NCBI GenBank assembly: GCA_965368975.1
Contig: CBDUPA010000016.1
Location: 32,001 to 96,000 of the forward strand
Length of the DNA: 64,000 nt
From: an uncultured bacterium
GTDB taxonomy: Bacteria > Acidobacteriota > Thermoanaerobaculia > Multivoradales > JAHZIX01
Direction of reading: 5' to 3'
Part shown: one piece after another, positions 41,233 through 51,412 of the stretch
Position numbering within the stretch: the stretch's first letter is position 1
Layout of the letters: each line of letters starts with the position of its first letter
Translations under genes and position numbers: made by a program
The notes under the pieces: model-generated
Database searches by the model: none
Told to the model about the DNA's origin: nothing
Seen by the model: the letters and a program-made list of their open reading frames with translations, nothing else

Positions 41233-44200
41233 TCAGCGGCGGCGGCGTCCGCGCCGACGTGCGCCCTGGGCACGCGCCTTGGCGAACAGGTCTTCCTCGT
41301 CGTCCTCACCCTCGGTGTCGGGGTCGACGACGCGGCACACGGCTTCAATGGTCGGGCTCTCGAACAGCACGATGGCGGACGTGTCCGTGCCCAACTCGCG
41401 CTGCATCAGCTTCATCACCCGCAAGCTGGTCAGTGAGTCGCCGCCCAGCTCGAAGAAGTTGTCGGTGACGCCGATGCCGTCGATGCCCAGCACCCGCTCC
41501 CAGATCGCCACCACCTGCTTTTGCAACTCGGTGGTCGGTTCCTGGTAGGGGTTGATCAGTTCCGGTCGCGGATGACCCTTGGCGGCGACGAAGCCGGTGG
41601 CTTCGCCGGTGCCGGTGGCGCGCTGCTGGCGCAGCTCGGCGGGGTCGCCGGCCGACAGCACCAGCTCGGTCTGTGCCACGTCGCGGCTGAGCACGCGCGC
41701 CAGGGTCTCTTCGACGCGGCTGTTGTCGTCACTCGCTTGCATCTGGGGCGCCAGGTCGGCCGTCTGCCAGCCCTGGAAGTGGATGGCGGTGCTGAGGTCG
41801 CCCGGGTGCACCGTGCGGCGGCCGTGAGTGTAGGCGTCGAGGAAAGCCTTGGAGGCGCGCTCCAGGGCTCGTCGCCGGCCGTCGGCCTGGACCGAGCTCT
41901 GACTGGCGAACAGCATGAAGTCGACCGGCTTGCCGCCCTGCGCGCTGTCGACCATCAGCAGGCCTTCGACCAGCTTCTCGAGTTCGGCACCGGTGGCTTC
42001 GACGGTGTCTAGTTGCAACTCGTCGCGCAGCAGCGCGGGGTAGGCGGCGTCGGCGGCGAACACCAGGCCGCGCACCTCACCCAGGGTCTCGTTCGTCCAC
42101 TTGAGTGTCGCCATCACCTGGCCAACATCGCTGACGTCGGCGCGCAGCAGGCTGGCGTCGCCGTTGCGGCCGAGCACTGGACCGCCCGTGCTGGCGTCCG
42201 GAGCGTTGTTGCCGTCACTGCCGAAGGTCGAGCGCAGCCAGGTAGCTACGTCCCCTTGCGGCTGGTCGCCGGCCGGTAGCACCAGCGCGACCTGCGCCCC
42301 CGCCCGCCGCAGCAGGAACTGCGCGATGGCTGGTGCCGGACCGCGGCTGGAGCCGAAGACGATGCACACCGAGCCGGCACGCAGACGCTCGTTGAGGTCG
42401 CTCACGCCGGTTTCGGCGTCGGGCAGCGAGGCGGGCGCGAAGTCGTGCACCCAGCGCTGGCGGTGGCGCCAGGCGACCAGCATTTCGCTGCGGTTCGAGG
42501 TCACCTCGCGCAGCAGGTCTTTGGCCAGGCGGCGCTTGTGGTCCGCGTCCTCGCTCGGCGCGTCGATGTCGATCAGGCGGCAGCGCACGCCGGGATAGGC
42601 CTCGGCGACCGCTTCCAGCGCGCCCAGCGCCGTGCTCTTGCGCGGCACCGTGCCCTCGGCGAACAGCTCCACCTGCTGGTTGGCGACCGAGATGATCTCC
42701 ACCGGCGGCAGGCTGCCGTCGCTCTGCTGGATGTGCTCGGCGGCACGCAGCAGGCCCTGGAAGCCCCACTCTGGGATCAACCACGGCTGTTGCACGAAAG
42801 TGCTGCCCGCCAGGTTCCACATGTGCAGCACCTTGAGCGGCGGCCGTCGCGGCGGCAGCATGGCGCCCATCAGCAGGGCGTAGCCGTTGGGGTCGGACGG
42901 GTTCATGGTGTAGGCGCTGCCGCTCACCTTGAGGAAGGCGTCCGCCGCCGTGACGCCGACCACCAGCTGGTTCTGCTCGCGCAGGCGGTCGACGATGTAG
43001 GAGCCGATGCCGTGCTCGTCGAGGAACACCAGCCAGTCGGCCTGCTCGCCGCCACCGGCGTCGCCGGGGATCGGCTGCAGCTGCCAGCGGCCCTCGTAGA
43101 GCCCGGGGCCCTGGGCACCGCCGGAGGTCACCTGGGCCTGTGCCGCGGCCGTCAGCTGCGCCACCTGCGCTCCCGCACCAGCCGGGGCGGTGGCGGGCCA
43201 GAAGCTCTTGCGCTCGAAGGGGTAGGTCGGCAGCTCGACGCGCTGGCGCTGTTGGCCGGCATAGAAAGCCGACCACTGTGGCTCCCGACCGCTGATCCAT
43301 AGCTGCAAGATGGCGTTGACGAGGTCGCGTAGCGGCCCGTCGCCGGGCAGCGTCGGGATGGCGCTCTGTCCCTGCAGCGGCGTGCCGTCGCTGTCGCTGC
43401 CGGTGTTGAGCTTGGGGGTCAGCGCGTCGGTCAGCGTGCGGCCCGGGCCGATCTCGACGAAGGTGCGGCCGGGCTCGGCGAGCAGGGCGGCGAGGGCCCC
43501 CGTTGGCGGTTCCTGCGCGCCCGGGCCCAGGAGGGCATTCCAGGTCTGCACGTTGGCCAGGGCGGCGGCGTCCAGGGTGCGACCGTCGCGGTCGAGCAGG
43601 GCGTGGCTCGGATCGTTCCAGCTGACGCCGGCCAGCGCGTCACCCAGGTTGCCATTCTTGTGCGCACTGGCCAGCTTCAGCGCGTCGTCCAGGCTCAGCG
43701 CGCCCGCGTCGCAGGCCGCGGCCAGCATGCCCAGGCCCTGTCCCGCCGCCGCGCGCGGCGCGTGGCCCCAGGCGCGCAGCAGGCTGGCCAGCGCCACTTC
43801 GGCGAGCACCAGGGCCGGCGCCGAATCGGACGGCGGACTCTGCAGCGCCTCGAGGGCCGGGTCGTCCTCGGCCAGGGCGTCCGAACCCTCCTGCCGCAGC
43901 AGCTCGAAGAGGCCCACGGGCAGGCCCTGGGCGACCGAGCCGGTGTCGCCGTTGAAGACGAATGCCAGCGGCCGCTCGGCCGGTTCACAGACCGCATTCT
44001 GCATGCGCTCGGCCGGTGCTTCCAGGGCCGACAAGAGCTGTCCGCCATCACTTACCACGATGCCCCGGCGGTGTTCGAAGGCGCTACGACCCACGGCCAG
44101 CGTGTGTGCCACCTCGGCCAGCGGCAAGTCGGGGTGGGCGCGCAGGTGCGCGGCCAGGTTGCGGGTCATGGTGTCGAGCGCGCTAGCGGTGCGCGCCGAC

Positions 44201-45570
44201 AGCACCACCAGGTGCTGCTCGCGCGCCGCTCCGGCGGCCTCGCGCGGCGGTGCTTCTTCCATCACCACGTGGGCGTTGGTGCCGCCGACGCCGAACGAGC
44301 TGACGCCACCGCGGCGCGGCAGGCCCCCCTCGGGGTTCCAGTCACGCAGCTGGGTGTTGACGAAGAAGGGACTGCCCTCCATTTGCAGCTTGGGGTTCGG
44401 CTTCTCGTAGTGCAGGCTCGGCGGCAGCTGCTGGTTCTGCATCGACAGCACCGTCTTGATCACACCGGTGACACCGGCGGTGGCGTCCGTGTGGCCGAGG
44501 TTGCTCTTGATCGAACCGAGGGCGCAGAAGTGCTGGCGCTCGGTGGTGGCGCGGAAGGCCTGGGTCAGTGCCTCGAACTCGATCGGGTCGCCGACCGGCG
44601 TGGCGGTGCCGTGCGCTTCGATGTTGGTGATCGTGTCGGCGTCGACCTCGGCCAGCGCCTGCGCCATGGCGATCGCCTTGGCTTGGCCCGGCACGCTGGG
44701 CGCCGAGTAGCCGACCTTGGCCGAGCCATCGTTGTTGACCGCCGCGCCGCGGATCAGCGCCAGGACCGTGTCGCCGTCGTCGACCGCGTCCTCGTAGCGC
44801 TTGAGGCAGATCACGCCGACCGCGTTGCCGGGGAGTGTGCCGGTAGCGCGATGGTCGAAGGTGCGGCAGTGACCGTCGGTAGAGAAGTAGCCGGCCGGAT
44901 CGTAGATGTAGCCACACTTCTGCGGCACGCGGACCGAGGCGCCGCCGGCCAGCGCGATGTCGCACTGGTAGTTGAGCAGGCTCTGGCAGGCCGTGGTGAT
45001 GGCCACCAGCGACGTCGAGCAAGCGGTCTGGATGTTGAGACTGGGGCCGCGCAGGTTGAGCTTGTAGGAGACGCGTGTGGTGAGGTAGTCGTTCATGCTG
45101 CCGATGGTCGACTGCATCTCACCGGCTGCCGAGTCATCGAGCCGCGCCAGACCGGTACCGTTGAGGTACGAGCTGGGCGTCGCACCGGCGAACACACCGA
45201 CCGAGCCCTCGTAGGTCGACGGATCGTAGCCCGCGCGCTCCAGCGCTTCCCAGCAGCACTCCAGGAAGAAGCGCTGCTGCGGGTCCATCATCTCGGCTTC
45301 CTTGGGCGAGAAGTTGAAGAAGGCGGCGTCGAACTTGTCGATGTCCGGCAGGATCGAGGCAGCGCCGACGTAGTTCTCGTCGTCGATCATCGCTTCCGGC
45401 ACGCCATCGGCGATCATCTGCTCACGGGTGAAGAAGGTGACCAGCTCGTCGCCGTTCTTCAAGTGCTGCCACAACTCGTCGAGGTCACGGCTGCCCGGAT
45501 AGCGGCCGGCCATGCCGACAATGGCGATGGTCTGCATCGGGTCGAAGTCACTGTTGTGTTCGGTACTCAA
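41233..45570 (-). CDS. Type I PKS KS-AT(inactive)-KR(degenerate)-ACP
   Basis: KS QTACSTSL/HGTAT/NLGH intact; AT nucleophile motif reads GQGLG; KR lacks GGxGxxG and the catalytic Tyr; ACP GGDSL; TTG 45570 after GAGGAG. Confidence 0.9.
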   Translation of the reverse strand: MSTEHNSDFDPMQTIAIVGMAGRYPGSRDLDELWQHLKNGDELVTFFTREQMIADGVPEAMIDDENYVGAASILPDIDKFDAAFFNFSPKEAEMMDPQQRFFLECCWEALERAGYDPSTYEGSVGVFAGATPSSYLNGTGLARLDDSAAGEMQSTIGSMNDYLTTRVSYKLNLRGPSLNIQTACSTSLVAITTACQSLLNYQCDIALAGGASVRVPQKCGYIYDPAGYFSTDGHCRTFDHRATGTLPGNAVGVICLKRYEDAVDDGDTVLALIRGAAVNNDGSAKVGYSAPSVPGQAKAIAMAQALAEVDADTITNIEAHGTATPVGDPIEFEALTQAFRATTERQHFCALGSIKSNLGHTDATAGVTGVIKTVLSMQNQQLPPSLHYEKPNPKLQMEGSPFFVNTQLRDWNPEGGLPRRGGVSSFGVGGTNAHVVMEEAPPREAAGAAREQHLVVLSARTASALDTMTRNLAAHLRAHPDLPLAEVAHTLAVGRSAFEHRRGIVVSDGGQLLSALEAPAERMQNAVCEPAERPLAFVFNGDTGSVAQGLPVGLFELLRQEGSDALAEDDPALEALQSPPSDSAPALVLAEVALASLLRAWGHAPRAAAGQGLGMLAAACDAGALSLDDALKLASAHKNGNLGDALAGVSWNDPSHALLDRDGRTLDAAALANVQTWNALLGPGAQEPPTGALAALLAEPGRTFVEIGPGRTLTDALTPKLNTGSDSDGTPLQGQSAIPTLPGDGPLRDLVNAILQLWISGREPQWSAFYAGQQRQRVELPTYPFERKSFWPATAPAGAGAQVAQLTAAAQAQVTSGGAQGPGLYEGRWQLQPIPGDAGGGEQADWLVFLDEHGIGSYIVDRLREQNQLVVGVTAADAFLKVSGSAYTMNPSDPNGYALLMGAMLPPRRPPLKVLHMWNLAGSTFVQQPWLIPEWGFQGLLRAAEHIQQSDGSLPPVEIISVANQQVELFAEGTVPRKSTALGALEAVAEAYPGVRCRLIDIDAPSEDADHKRRLAKDLLREVTSNRSEMLVAWRHRQRWVHDFAPASLPDAETGVSDLNERLRAGSVCIVFGSSRGPAPAIAQFLLRRAGAQVALVLPAGDQPQGDVATWLRSTFGSDGNNAPDASTGGPVLGRNGDASLLRADVSDVGQVMATLKWTNETLGEVRGLVFAADAAYPALLRDELQLDTVEATGAELEKLVEGLLMVDSAQGGKPVDFMLFASQSSVQADGRRRALERASKAFLDAYTHGRRTVHPGDLSTAIHFQGWQTADLAPQMQASDDNSRVEETLARVLSRDVAQTELVLSAGDPAELRQQRATGTGEATGFVAAKGHPRPELINPYQEPTTELQKQVVAIWERVLGIDGIGVTDNFFELGGDSLTSLRVMKLMQRELGTDTSAIVLFESPTIEAVCRVVDPDTEGEDDEEDLFAKARAQGARRRGRRRR

Positions 45571-45743
45571 GGCGCTGCTCCTCAAGGAAACCCCAGGTCG
45601 CGAGCCGTGCCGCTGCAGGTCAGGCCGCGCGAGGCCGGGAGGTCAGGTCCCGGGCCAGGGAAGAATCGGGTCGTTCAAGATCGGATCAGGTCATTCGGGC
45701 AATCGAGCCATTCAGGTTAATTCAGAGTCTCGGGCGGATCGAA

Positions 45744-47144
45744 TCAGTCGTCGTCCTCGGGCGGCAGCTCCCAGGCCTCGGCCCCCAGCGTCACCGGTTG
45801 CCGGCTCTCCTGGGCGTTGTACGCATCCCAGTCGATCCTGACACCGGCCAGCCAAAGTCGCGACACCGTGGAATGCAGCCAGCGCGACGCCGGCAGGGTG
45901 TCGCCGGGGTGTGGAATCGACGTCAAGTGCTGCTCGTCACTCTTCTCGGTCGTGCTCGGCGCCTGCGCCGCCAGCGTGGTCAGCGCGCGTCCGGGGCCCG
46001 CTTCGAGCAGGATCTGGCGCGTCTGTCCGGCGCGTACCGTCGCCAGGCCATCGGCGAAGCGCACCGTCTCGCGCAGGTGGCGCACCCAGTAGTCGGGGTT
46101 GAGCGCTTCGGCGTCAGTGGCCCAGGTGCCGGTGACGTTGGAGAGATACGGGATGGTGGGCGACGACAGGTGCAGTCCATCGTGCAGGCTGCTGCGGAAC
46201 TCATCCAGGATCGGGTCGACCATGGTCGAGTGTCCCGCGGCCTTGATGGCCAGCATGCGCACCTCGTGGCCGCGCAGTTCCAACATCGCCTGCAGCTCTT
46301 GTACCCGCTCTTCCGGTCCCGAGACGACGCAGCGCGCCGGCCCGTTGACCGCCGCGATGTCCAAGCCGCCGAGCAGAGGTCGCACCTCGGCCTCCGGCAT
46401 CGGCACGCTGAGCATGGCGCCGCCCGGCAGGTTCTCGATCAGTCGTCCGCGCAGCGCCACCAGTAGCACCGCGTCGTCCAGCGTCAAGACGCCGGAGAGA
46501 TTCGCCGCCACGTACTCACCCAGGCTGTGCCCGAGCATCGCCCGCGGTGTCACGCCCCAGGACAACCACAGCTTGGCCATGGCGTACGAGGTCGAGAACA
46601 GTGCCGGCAAGGCGACCGACGTGCGCCGGATGGCGGCCTTGGCGGCGTCGAGATGGGCTGGGTCAGGGTAGAGCGTGCCACGCAGGTCGAAACCCAGGTG
46701 CGGTTCGAACAGCTCGGCACAGCGGTCGATCTCGCGTCGGAACACGGGCTCGGAAGCGTACAGCTCGACGCCCATGTTGACGTACTGGGTGCCGCCGCCC
46801 GGGAACAGGAAGACCACCGGTAGCTCGTTTTTGCGCAAGGCCGTGCGCAGTCGCTGCGGGTCACGCTCGTCGAGAGCGCCGATGGCGTCGCCGTGCTGCT
46901 GGAAGAGCAGTGCCGCTCGGTGCGACAACCCTCGCTCGCCACGCTGGAAGGCGTACGCGACGTCACCTGCTGCCAGCTCGGGATGGTCCTCGACGAAATT
47001 GGCCACCGCGTCCGCGGCGTCGTCGAGGCCCTCGACACCGTCGCCGGAAAAGGGCAACACATGCCAGGAGCGTGCTTCCACAGAAGGAAGCTCCGCCACC
47101 GGTCGGATCCTCGGATCCGCCGTCGGATTCTGGCCTTCGCTCAT
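45744..47144 (-). CDS. Standalone (trans-acting) acyltransferase with KS-AT linker
   Basis: FLFPGGGTQY, GHSLGEY, AAVNGP, AAGHS, YWVRHLRETVRF; no KS or ACP. Confidence 0.88.
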   Translation of the reverse strand: MSEGQNPTADPRIRPVAELPSVEARSWHVLPFSGDGVEGLDDAADAVANFVEDHPELAAGDVAYAFQRGERGLSHRAALLFQQHGDAIGALDERDPQRLRTALRKNELPVVFLFPGGGTQYVNMGVELYASEPVFRREIDRCAELFEPHLGFDLRGTLYPDPAHLDAAKAAIRRTSVALPALFSTSYAMAKLWLSWGVTPRAMLGHSLGEYVAANLSGVLTLDDAVLLVALRGRLIENLPGGAMLSVPMPEAEVRPLLGGLDIAAVNGPARCVVSGPEERVQELQAMLELRGHEVRMLAIKAAGHSTMVDPILDEFRSSLHDGLHLSSPTIPYLSNVTGTWATDAEALNPDYWVRHLRETVRFADGLATVRAGQTRQILLEAGPGRALTTLAAQAPSTTEKSDEQHLTSIPHPGDTLPASRWLHSTVSRLWLAGVRIDWDAYNAQESRQPVTLGAEAWELPPEDDD

Positions 47145-47436
47145 TCCAAGGTCTCCTCCCCGTACCCCCTAGTATCTACACCCGCAAGGCGGGCGCCGTG
47201 GTGGCAGCGGGTGATGCAAAGCAAGTCAGAGCAAGAGAATAACGGCCGCGCATCAGGGTTTGGGGTGGGGCGCGGTGCGTTGACCCATCCGGCTTTGGGG
47301 CCTCATCCAGCACCGCCGCGCGCGTCCTCGCCTGGCTACCGCTCCGCTGGTGGGTAAGCGGCGCGCCAGGGTATCAGCGACTGTAGACCATGCTCGGTAT
47401 CAGGTCAAGGAAGGGAGGTGCCAGGGAGGTGTCGCG

Positions 47437-48153
47437 TTACCGTGCTCCGCCCTCGAACCGATCCAACACTCGACGCACGTAGTTTCGTGTCTCCCGGTAG
47501 GGCGGAATGCCACCATGACGATCGACGGCTCCCTCGCCCGCGTTGTAGCCGGCGAGGATGCGGGGGAGGTCGTCGTCGAAGCGCTTGCGCAGCCAGGCCA
47601 GGTAGGTGACGCCGGCTTCCAGATTGCGACGAGGGTCGAAGAGTTCGTGCGTGCGCACGCCGAAGCGTTCGGCGGTGGCGGGCATGAGTTGCATCAGGCC
47701 GCGCGCGCCCTTGACGGACACGGCTCGAGGGTCGAAAGCGGACTCGGCGGCGACGACGGCGGCGACGAGGTCGGCGTTGAGACCGTGACGCTGGGCAGTG
47801 GCGTGGATCAGCTGGCCGTAGGGAGTTTCGGGGACCGGGAGGTGGGCCAGGAAGTCGAGGTTGGGTCTAGTGACCTCGGGCTCGGGTGGTGGCTCGGGGA
47901 CGATCTCGTCGTCGACGATGCGCTCGACGGCTGTGACGGGCAGGGTGACGGCGCCGCCGGACGGTAGCGTGAACTCGAAGCGGCTGCCGTCGTCGAGCAG
48001 CTGGAACGCGTCGACCTTCATCACCCGACCGTGGTGCATCACCACCAGCTCGGCGCTCGAGGGCAGCGTCGGAGCGAGCAAGGCGGCAGTGACGAGCGGC
48101 AGGAGCCGGCGCACGATCTGCGGCAAAGGCAGCTTCAACAAGGGCAGCTTCAT
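47437..48153 (-). CDS. Soluble lytic transglycosylase (SLT) family protein, secreted
   Basis: AESAFDPRAVSVKGARGLMQLMPATA, AGYNAGEGAV, PPYRETRNYV; signal peptide; start placed at ATG 48153. Confidence 0.92.
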   Translation of the reverse strand: MKLPLLKLPLPQIVRRLLPLVTAALLAPTLPSSAELVVMHHGRVMKVDAFQLLDDGSRFEFTLPSGGAVTLPVTAVERIVDDEIVPEPPPEPEVTRPNLDFLAHLPVPETPYGQLIHATAQRHGLNADLVAAVVAAESAFDPRAVSVKGARGLMQLMPATAERFGVRTHELFDPRRNLEAGVTYLAWLRKRFDDDLPRILAGYNAGEGAVDRHGGIPPYRETRNYVRRVLDRFEGGAR

Positions 48154-48222
48154 TAATGACAGTATACGTGCGGGGTGTCGAGGCTGTTTGCCGTAGTCTG
48201 TCTGATCGCCGCGAGAGGCACC

Positions 48223-48257
48223 AAAAAAAGCGGACCCCGGTTGGCCGGAAGCCCGCT
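48223..48257 (-). terminator. Rho-independent terminator after the YVTN gene
   Basis: Minus strand AGCGGGCTTCCGG-CCAA-CCGGGGTCCGCT stem followed by a T run. Confidence 0.8.
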
Positions 48258-48307
48258 CAAGAGACACGGAAGCGTTGTTGATTCTGGATCTTGTGGTTGC
48301 GCCGCCG

Positions 48308-49351
48308 TCAGCTGTCTTGCAGCACGGTGACGCTGGCGCCGTAGGTGTTGGCGACGTAGATGCGGCCGTTGTCCGGGTTGGCGCACACCCACTCCGGGCC
48401 CTGGCCGACGCTGACGGTGGCGATCACCTGGTTGGTGGCGCCGTCGAAGGCGGTCATGGTGTTGTCGAAGTAGTTCGAGGTGTAGACGTGGTTCAGCGTC
48501 TCGTTGACCGCGATCACCTGCGGGTAGCCGCCGACCGGAACTGTGGCGACCTGCTGGTTGGTGCTGCCGTCGAACACTTGGACGTTGCTCTCCAGCAGGC
48601 TGGAGGCGTAGATCATGTTGGTCTTCGAGTTGACGGCGACGCCACAGGCGTTCAGTTCCAGCGGGATGCGGGTCTCGATCGTGTTCGTGGCGCCGTCGAT
48701 CACGAACAGTCCGAAGCCGGTCCAGGCGCCGTCGTAGATCACCACGTAGACCTTGTTGGTCACCGGGTTGCAGGCGATGTAGTACGAACCGACGCCGATC
48801 GAGAAGCTGGTGATCTGCGTGTTGCTGGAGGTGTCGATCACCGCCACGCCGCCGCCATTGCCGTTGAGCGAGACGTAGGCCCGGTTGGTCTTCGGGTTGA
48901 CCGCGACGCCCCAATCGGTGGGGGAGCCGTTGAGCGGGATCTGCTTTTGCAGGCTGTTCGTGGCACCGTCGACCACGCCGAGTGCGAAGTCCCACCAGTT
49001 GCACACGTAGATCTTGTTGGTCTGCGTGTTGATGTCCATGCCCTGGCTCTGGGTGTCGACGCTGAAGGTCTTGGTCACCTGGTTGGTGTTGGTGTCGATC
49101 ACCGACATGCTGGCGTACATGTCGACCACGTAGAGCTCTTTAGTGTTCGGGTTGACCACGCAGCTCTGCGGATGCCCGCCGACGTTGATCGTCGCCACCG
49201 TGCTGATCGAGCCCGACGCGGCGTCCGCTTGCAGGTTGGGCTGGCCGTGGTGGCGCTGGTGCGCGGCTTTCAGGTAGCTGGGGCCGGTGCCGGCGGACCA
49301 GCGGGCATGCGGACGGGCGGGGGATGCGGTATCGCTCGGATAGTCGGTCAT
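48308..49351 (-). CDS. YncE/YVTN-repeat beta-propeller protein
   Basis: Seven ~42-aa repeats: P..VAVNP.TN.(I/V)YV.N.....V.VIDG.TN.V..T(I/V).VG. Confidence 0.9.
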   Translation of the reverse strand: MTDYPSDTASPARPHARWSAGTGPSYLKAAHQRHHGQPNLQADAASGSISTVATINVGGHPQSCVVNPNTKELYVVDMYASMSVIDTNTNQVTKTFSVDTQSQGMDINTQTNKIYVCNWWDFALGVVDGATNSLQKQIPLNGSPTDWGVAVNPKTNRAYVSLNGNGGGVAVIDTSSNTQITSFSIGVGSYYIACNPVTNKVYVVIYDGAWTGFGLFVIDGATNTIETRIPLELNACGVAVNSKTNMIYASSLLESNVQVFDGSTNQQVATVPVGGYPQVIAVNETLNHVYTSNYFDNTMTAFDGATNQVIATVSVGQGPEWVCANPDNGRIYVANTYGASVTVLQDS

Positions 49352-49432
49352 TGCTCTCTCGGCCTTTCTCTTGTCTCTTGGAAGCGCAATCCCGGTCGCT
49401 ATTGGACCGTTTTCGTTGGTACCCAGATATAG

Positions 49433-49448
49433 AGCAAGGGAGATGCCA
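49433..49448 (-). promoter_or_regulatory. Putative sigma54 (-24/-12) promoter for the YVTN gene
   Basis: Minus strand TGGCATCTCCCTTGCT has exact GG-N10-GC spacing, ~80 nt upstream of ATG 49351. Confidence 0.6.
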
Positions 49449-49516
49449 GCTCCGCGAAGAGGCGGAACTTGTTGACTGTCAGTGACTTGACGGAATTCTA
49501 GGATGTCAGGCGGGAT

Positions 49517-49557
49517 GTCGATCGACGTCGAAACTCGGCGGCTCGACGTCGATCGAC
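49517..49557. terminator. 15-bp perfect inverted repeat just downstream of the patatin gene (terminator-like, no clear U tract)
   Basis: GTCGATCGACGTCGA-N11-TCGACGTCGATCGAC. Confidence 0.5.
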
Positions 49558-49570
49558 GTTGGGGAGGGGT

Positions 49571-51313
49571 TCAGAGGTGCAGCCAGTCGTTGAGCGCGCC
49601 GCGGACGAAGAAGGTCTTGACCGCCTTGCGCGCGACCCACTTCCAGCCGAGATCGAGCGTGATCTGGTCATAGCGCTCGAGCAGGGCGTCGCGCAGGTCG
49701 CGCCGCGAGTACTCGTCGACGTCTTCGATGCCGACGTCGGGGAAGGTCCGGTGCCAGCTGTCGGGGATGTCGTAGTCCTGGTGAATGCTCGGATCTTGCG
49801 GTGGCATCGCCGGCGGGTCGTCCGGGTCCGCCGGTTCGTGCCCATAGGAGGCGCCGAGGATGCCCTGCAGCGCCTCGAACGCCTGCGTGCGGCCGATCCG
49901 GTAGTCGTACTCGCGCCAGTCTTGCTGGAAGAAACCGATGAAGCCGGCGAACTCGTCGCCCGCGAGGCGGCTGTCACTGACGCCGATCTGGTGCATGTTG
50001 ATTTCGGATTTGTCGGCCAGGTGCGAAATATAATTCAGGATAAGGGTCGTCAAGTTGAGGATTCTTCGTTTTTCGGCGCTTTCGAGCTGGGCTGATGCGG
50101 CGTCGATGACCGGCACCTCGCGCACGGCGCGCAGACTGCGGTCGAGGTCCAGGTCGACGCCGGTGCGGGCGGCTTCGGTCGCCAGGACGTCGCTGGCCAG
50201 GCGTTCTAGTTGTTCCGCGTAGGACTGACTCTGAGACGTCGGCAGCTGGTCCAGCAGGCCACTCAGCTGCTCGACCAGGCGATCGCGCCAGCCGATCTCG
50301 ATGTTGTGACGCCCGGCGCGCATCCAGTCGCGCGCCGTACTCTCGCCGCGGATCATCTGGAGCAGGCGCCAGCCATGCTGACGCAAGGTGCCGTCGGAGG
50401 AGATGTCGGCCTGGTGCCGGGACCGGTTGATGCTCGGATCGACCAGCAGGTAGATACGGTCGGGATTGGCGCCGCCGTCCGCCTGGCGGGCGCGGTCGAT
50501 CGCTTCGCCCAGCGGTTCGTTGTTGAACAGGCCGCCGTCGATGAAGCACAGGCCGCGCTCGAACAGCGCGGAGTCTTTCCGCTCCAGGGCATCCGGATAG
50601 GCGGCGATGGGACGCACCAGCTGTTCCGGCTGGAAGGCCAGCGGGAAGTTGCCACAGGCGACGGCGGTGCGCGCCAGGTGATCCCAGCTGCTGGCGATGC
50701 GTTCCGCCGCGGTGGCATGGAAGGCGTGCACGCGGTCGTCGCCGGCATCGTGCTCGATCTCGAAGCGACCCATGTCCGAGAACAGGGTAGTGACGAAGCT
50801 GTTGCCGGCCAGCGCGGGCACGGCATAGGTCATGCCGTGCATGTTGCTCAGCGACAGCGACAAGCGCAGCACCTCGGGCGCGAAGCTGGCCGGAGTCACC
50901 GGTGGCTGGTCGGCGTCGCTCAGCACCAGGTTGTGGATGATCTCGAACAGGGCCTGCTTGGAGAGCAGCGCGTTGGTCGGCGCCTTGTCCAGGAGCTTGC
51001 GGATGTCGATGTCCCGGACCCAGGCGCGGTGCAAGTGGCGCCGTCGCCCGGGTAGGTCGTACATCAGGATCCGCGCCGCCAGCGCCGCCGTCATGCCCCC
51101 GGCCGAGCCGCCGGTCATGACGTCCAGCTCGTAGTGGATGCCGGTCGCCCGCGTGCGGCGGTTCAGCGTGTCGAGAGCGTAGAGCAACTCCGTCACCACG
51201 CCCGCTTCGAAGCTGCCGAGCGACACCCCGCCGGCCATCACCAGTGCAATCTTGACGGTGCGGACCGACGGATCGTCGAATGTCGGTGTGTTCTCGCGTT
51301 GTTGATCGGGCAT
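49571..51313 (-). CDS. Patatin-like phospholipase
   Basis: GGVSLG oxyanion loop, GGSAG nucleophile, DGGLFNN. Confidence 0.9.
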   Translation of the reverse strand: MPDQQRENTPTFDDPSVRTVKIALVMAGGVSLGSFEAGVVTELLYALDTLNRRTRATGIHYELDVMTGGSAGGMTAALAARILMYDLPGRRRHLHRAWVRDIDIRKLLDKAPTNALLSKQALFEIIHNLVLSDADQPPVTPASFAPEVLRLSLSLSNMHGMTYAVPALAGNSFVTTLFSDMGRFEIEHDAGDDRVHAFHATAAERIASSWDHLARTAVACGNFPLAFQPEQLVRPIAAYPDALERKDSALFERGLCFIDGGLFNNEPLGEAIDRARQADGGANPDRIYLLVDPSINRSRHQADISSDGTLRQHGWRLLQMIRGESTARDWMRAGRHNIEIGWRDRLVEQLSGLLDQLPTSQSQSYAEQLERLASDVLATEAARTGVDLDLDRSLRAVREVPVIDAASAQLESAEKRRILNLTTLILNYISHLADKSEINMHQIGVSDSRLAGDEFAGFIGFFQQDWREYDYRIGRTQAFEALQGILGASYGHEPADPDDPPAMPPQDPSIHQDYDIPDSWHRTFPDVGIEDVDEYSRRDLRDALLERYDQITLDLGWKWVARKAVKTFFVRGALNDWLHL

Positions 51314-51412
51314 GGCGCGGATTCCTTTCTGACTCCGAGGGTCCTGCGATCTAGGTTGCGTGAGACGGATACGTTTCGCGAGCCAGCCTGCGACCGGCTC
51401 ACCGCCGAGGTT

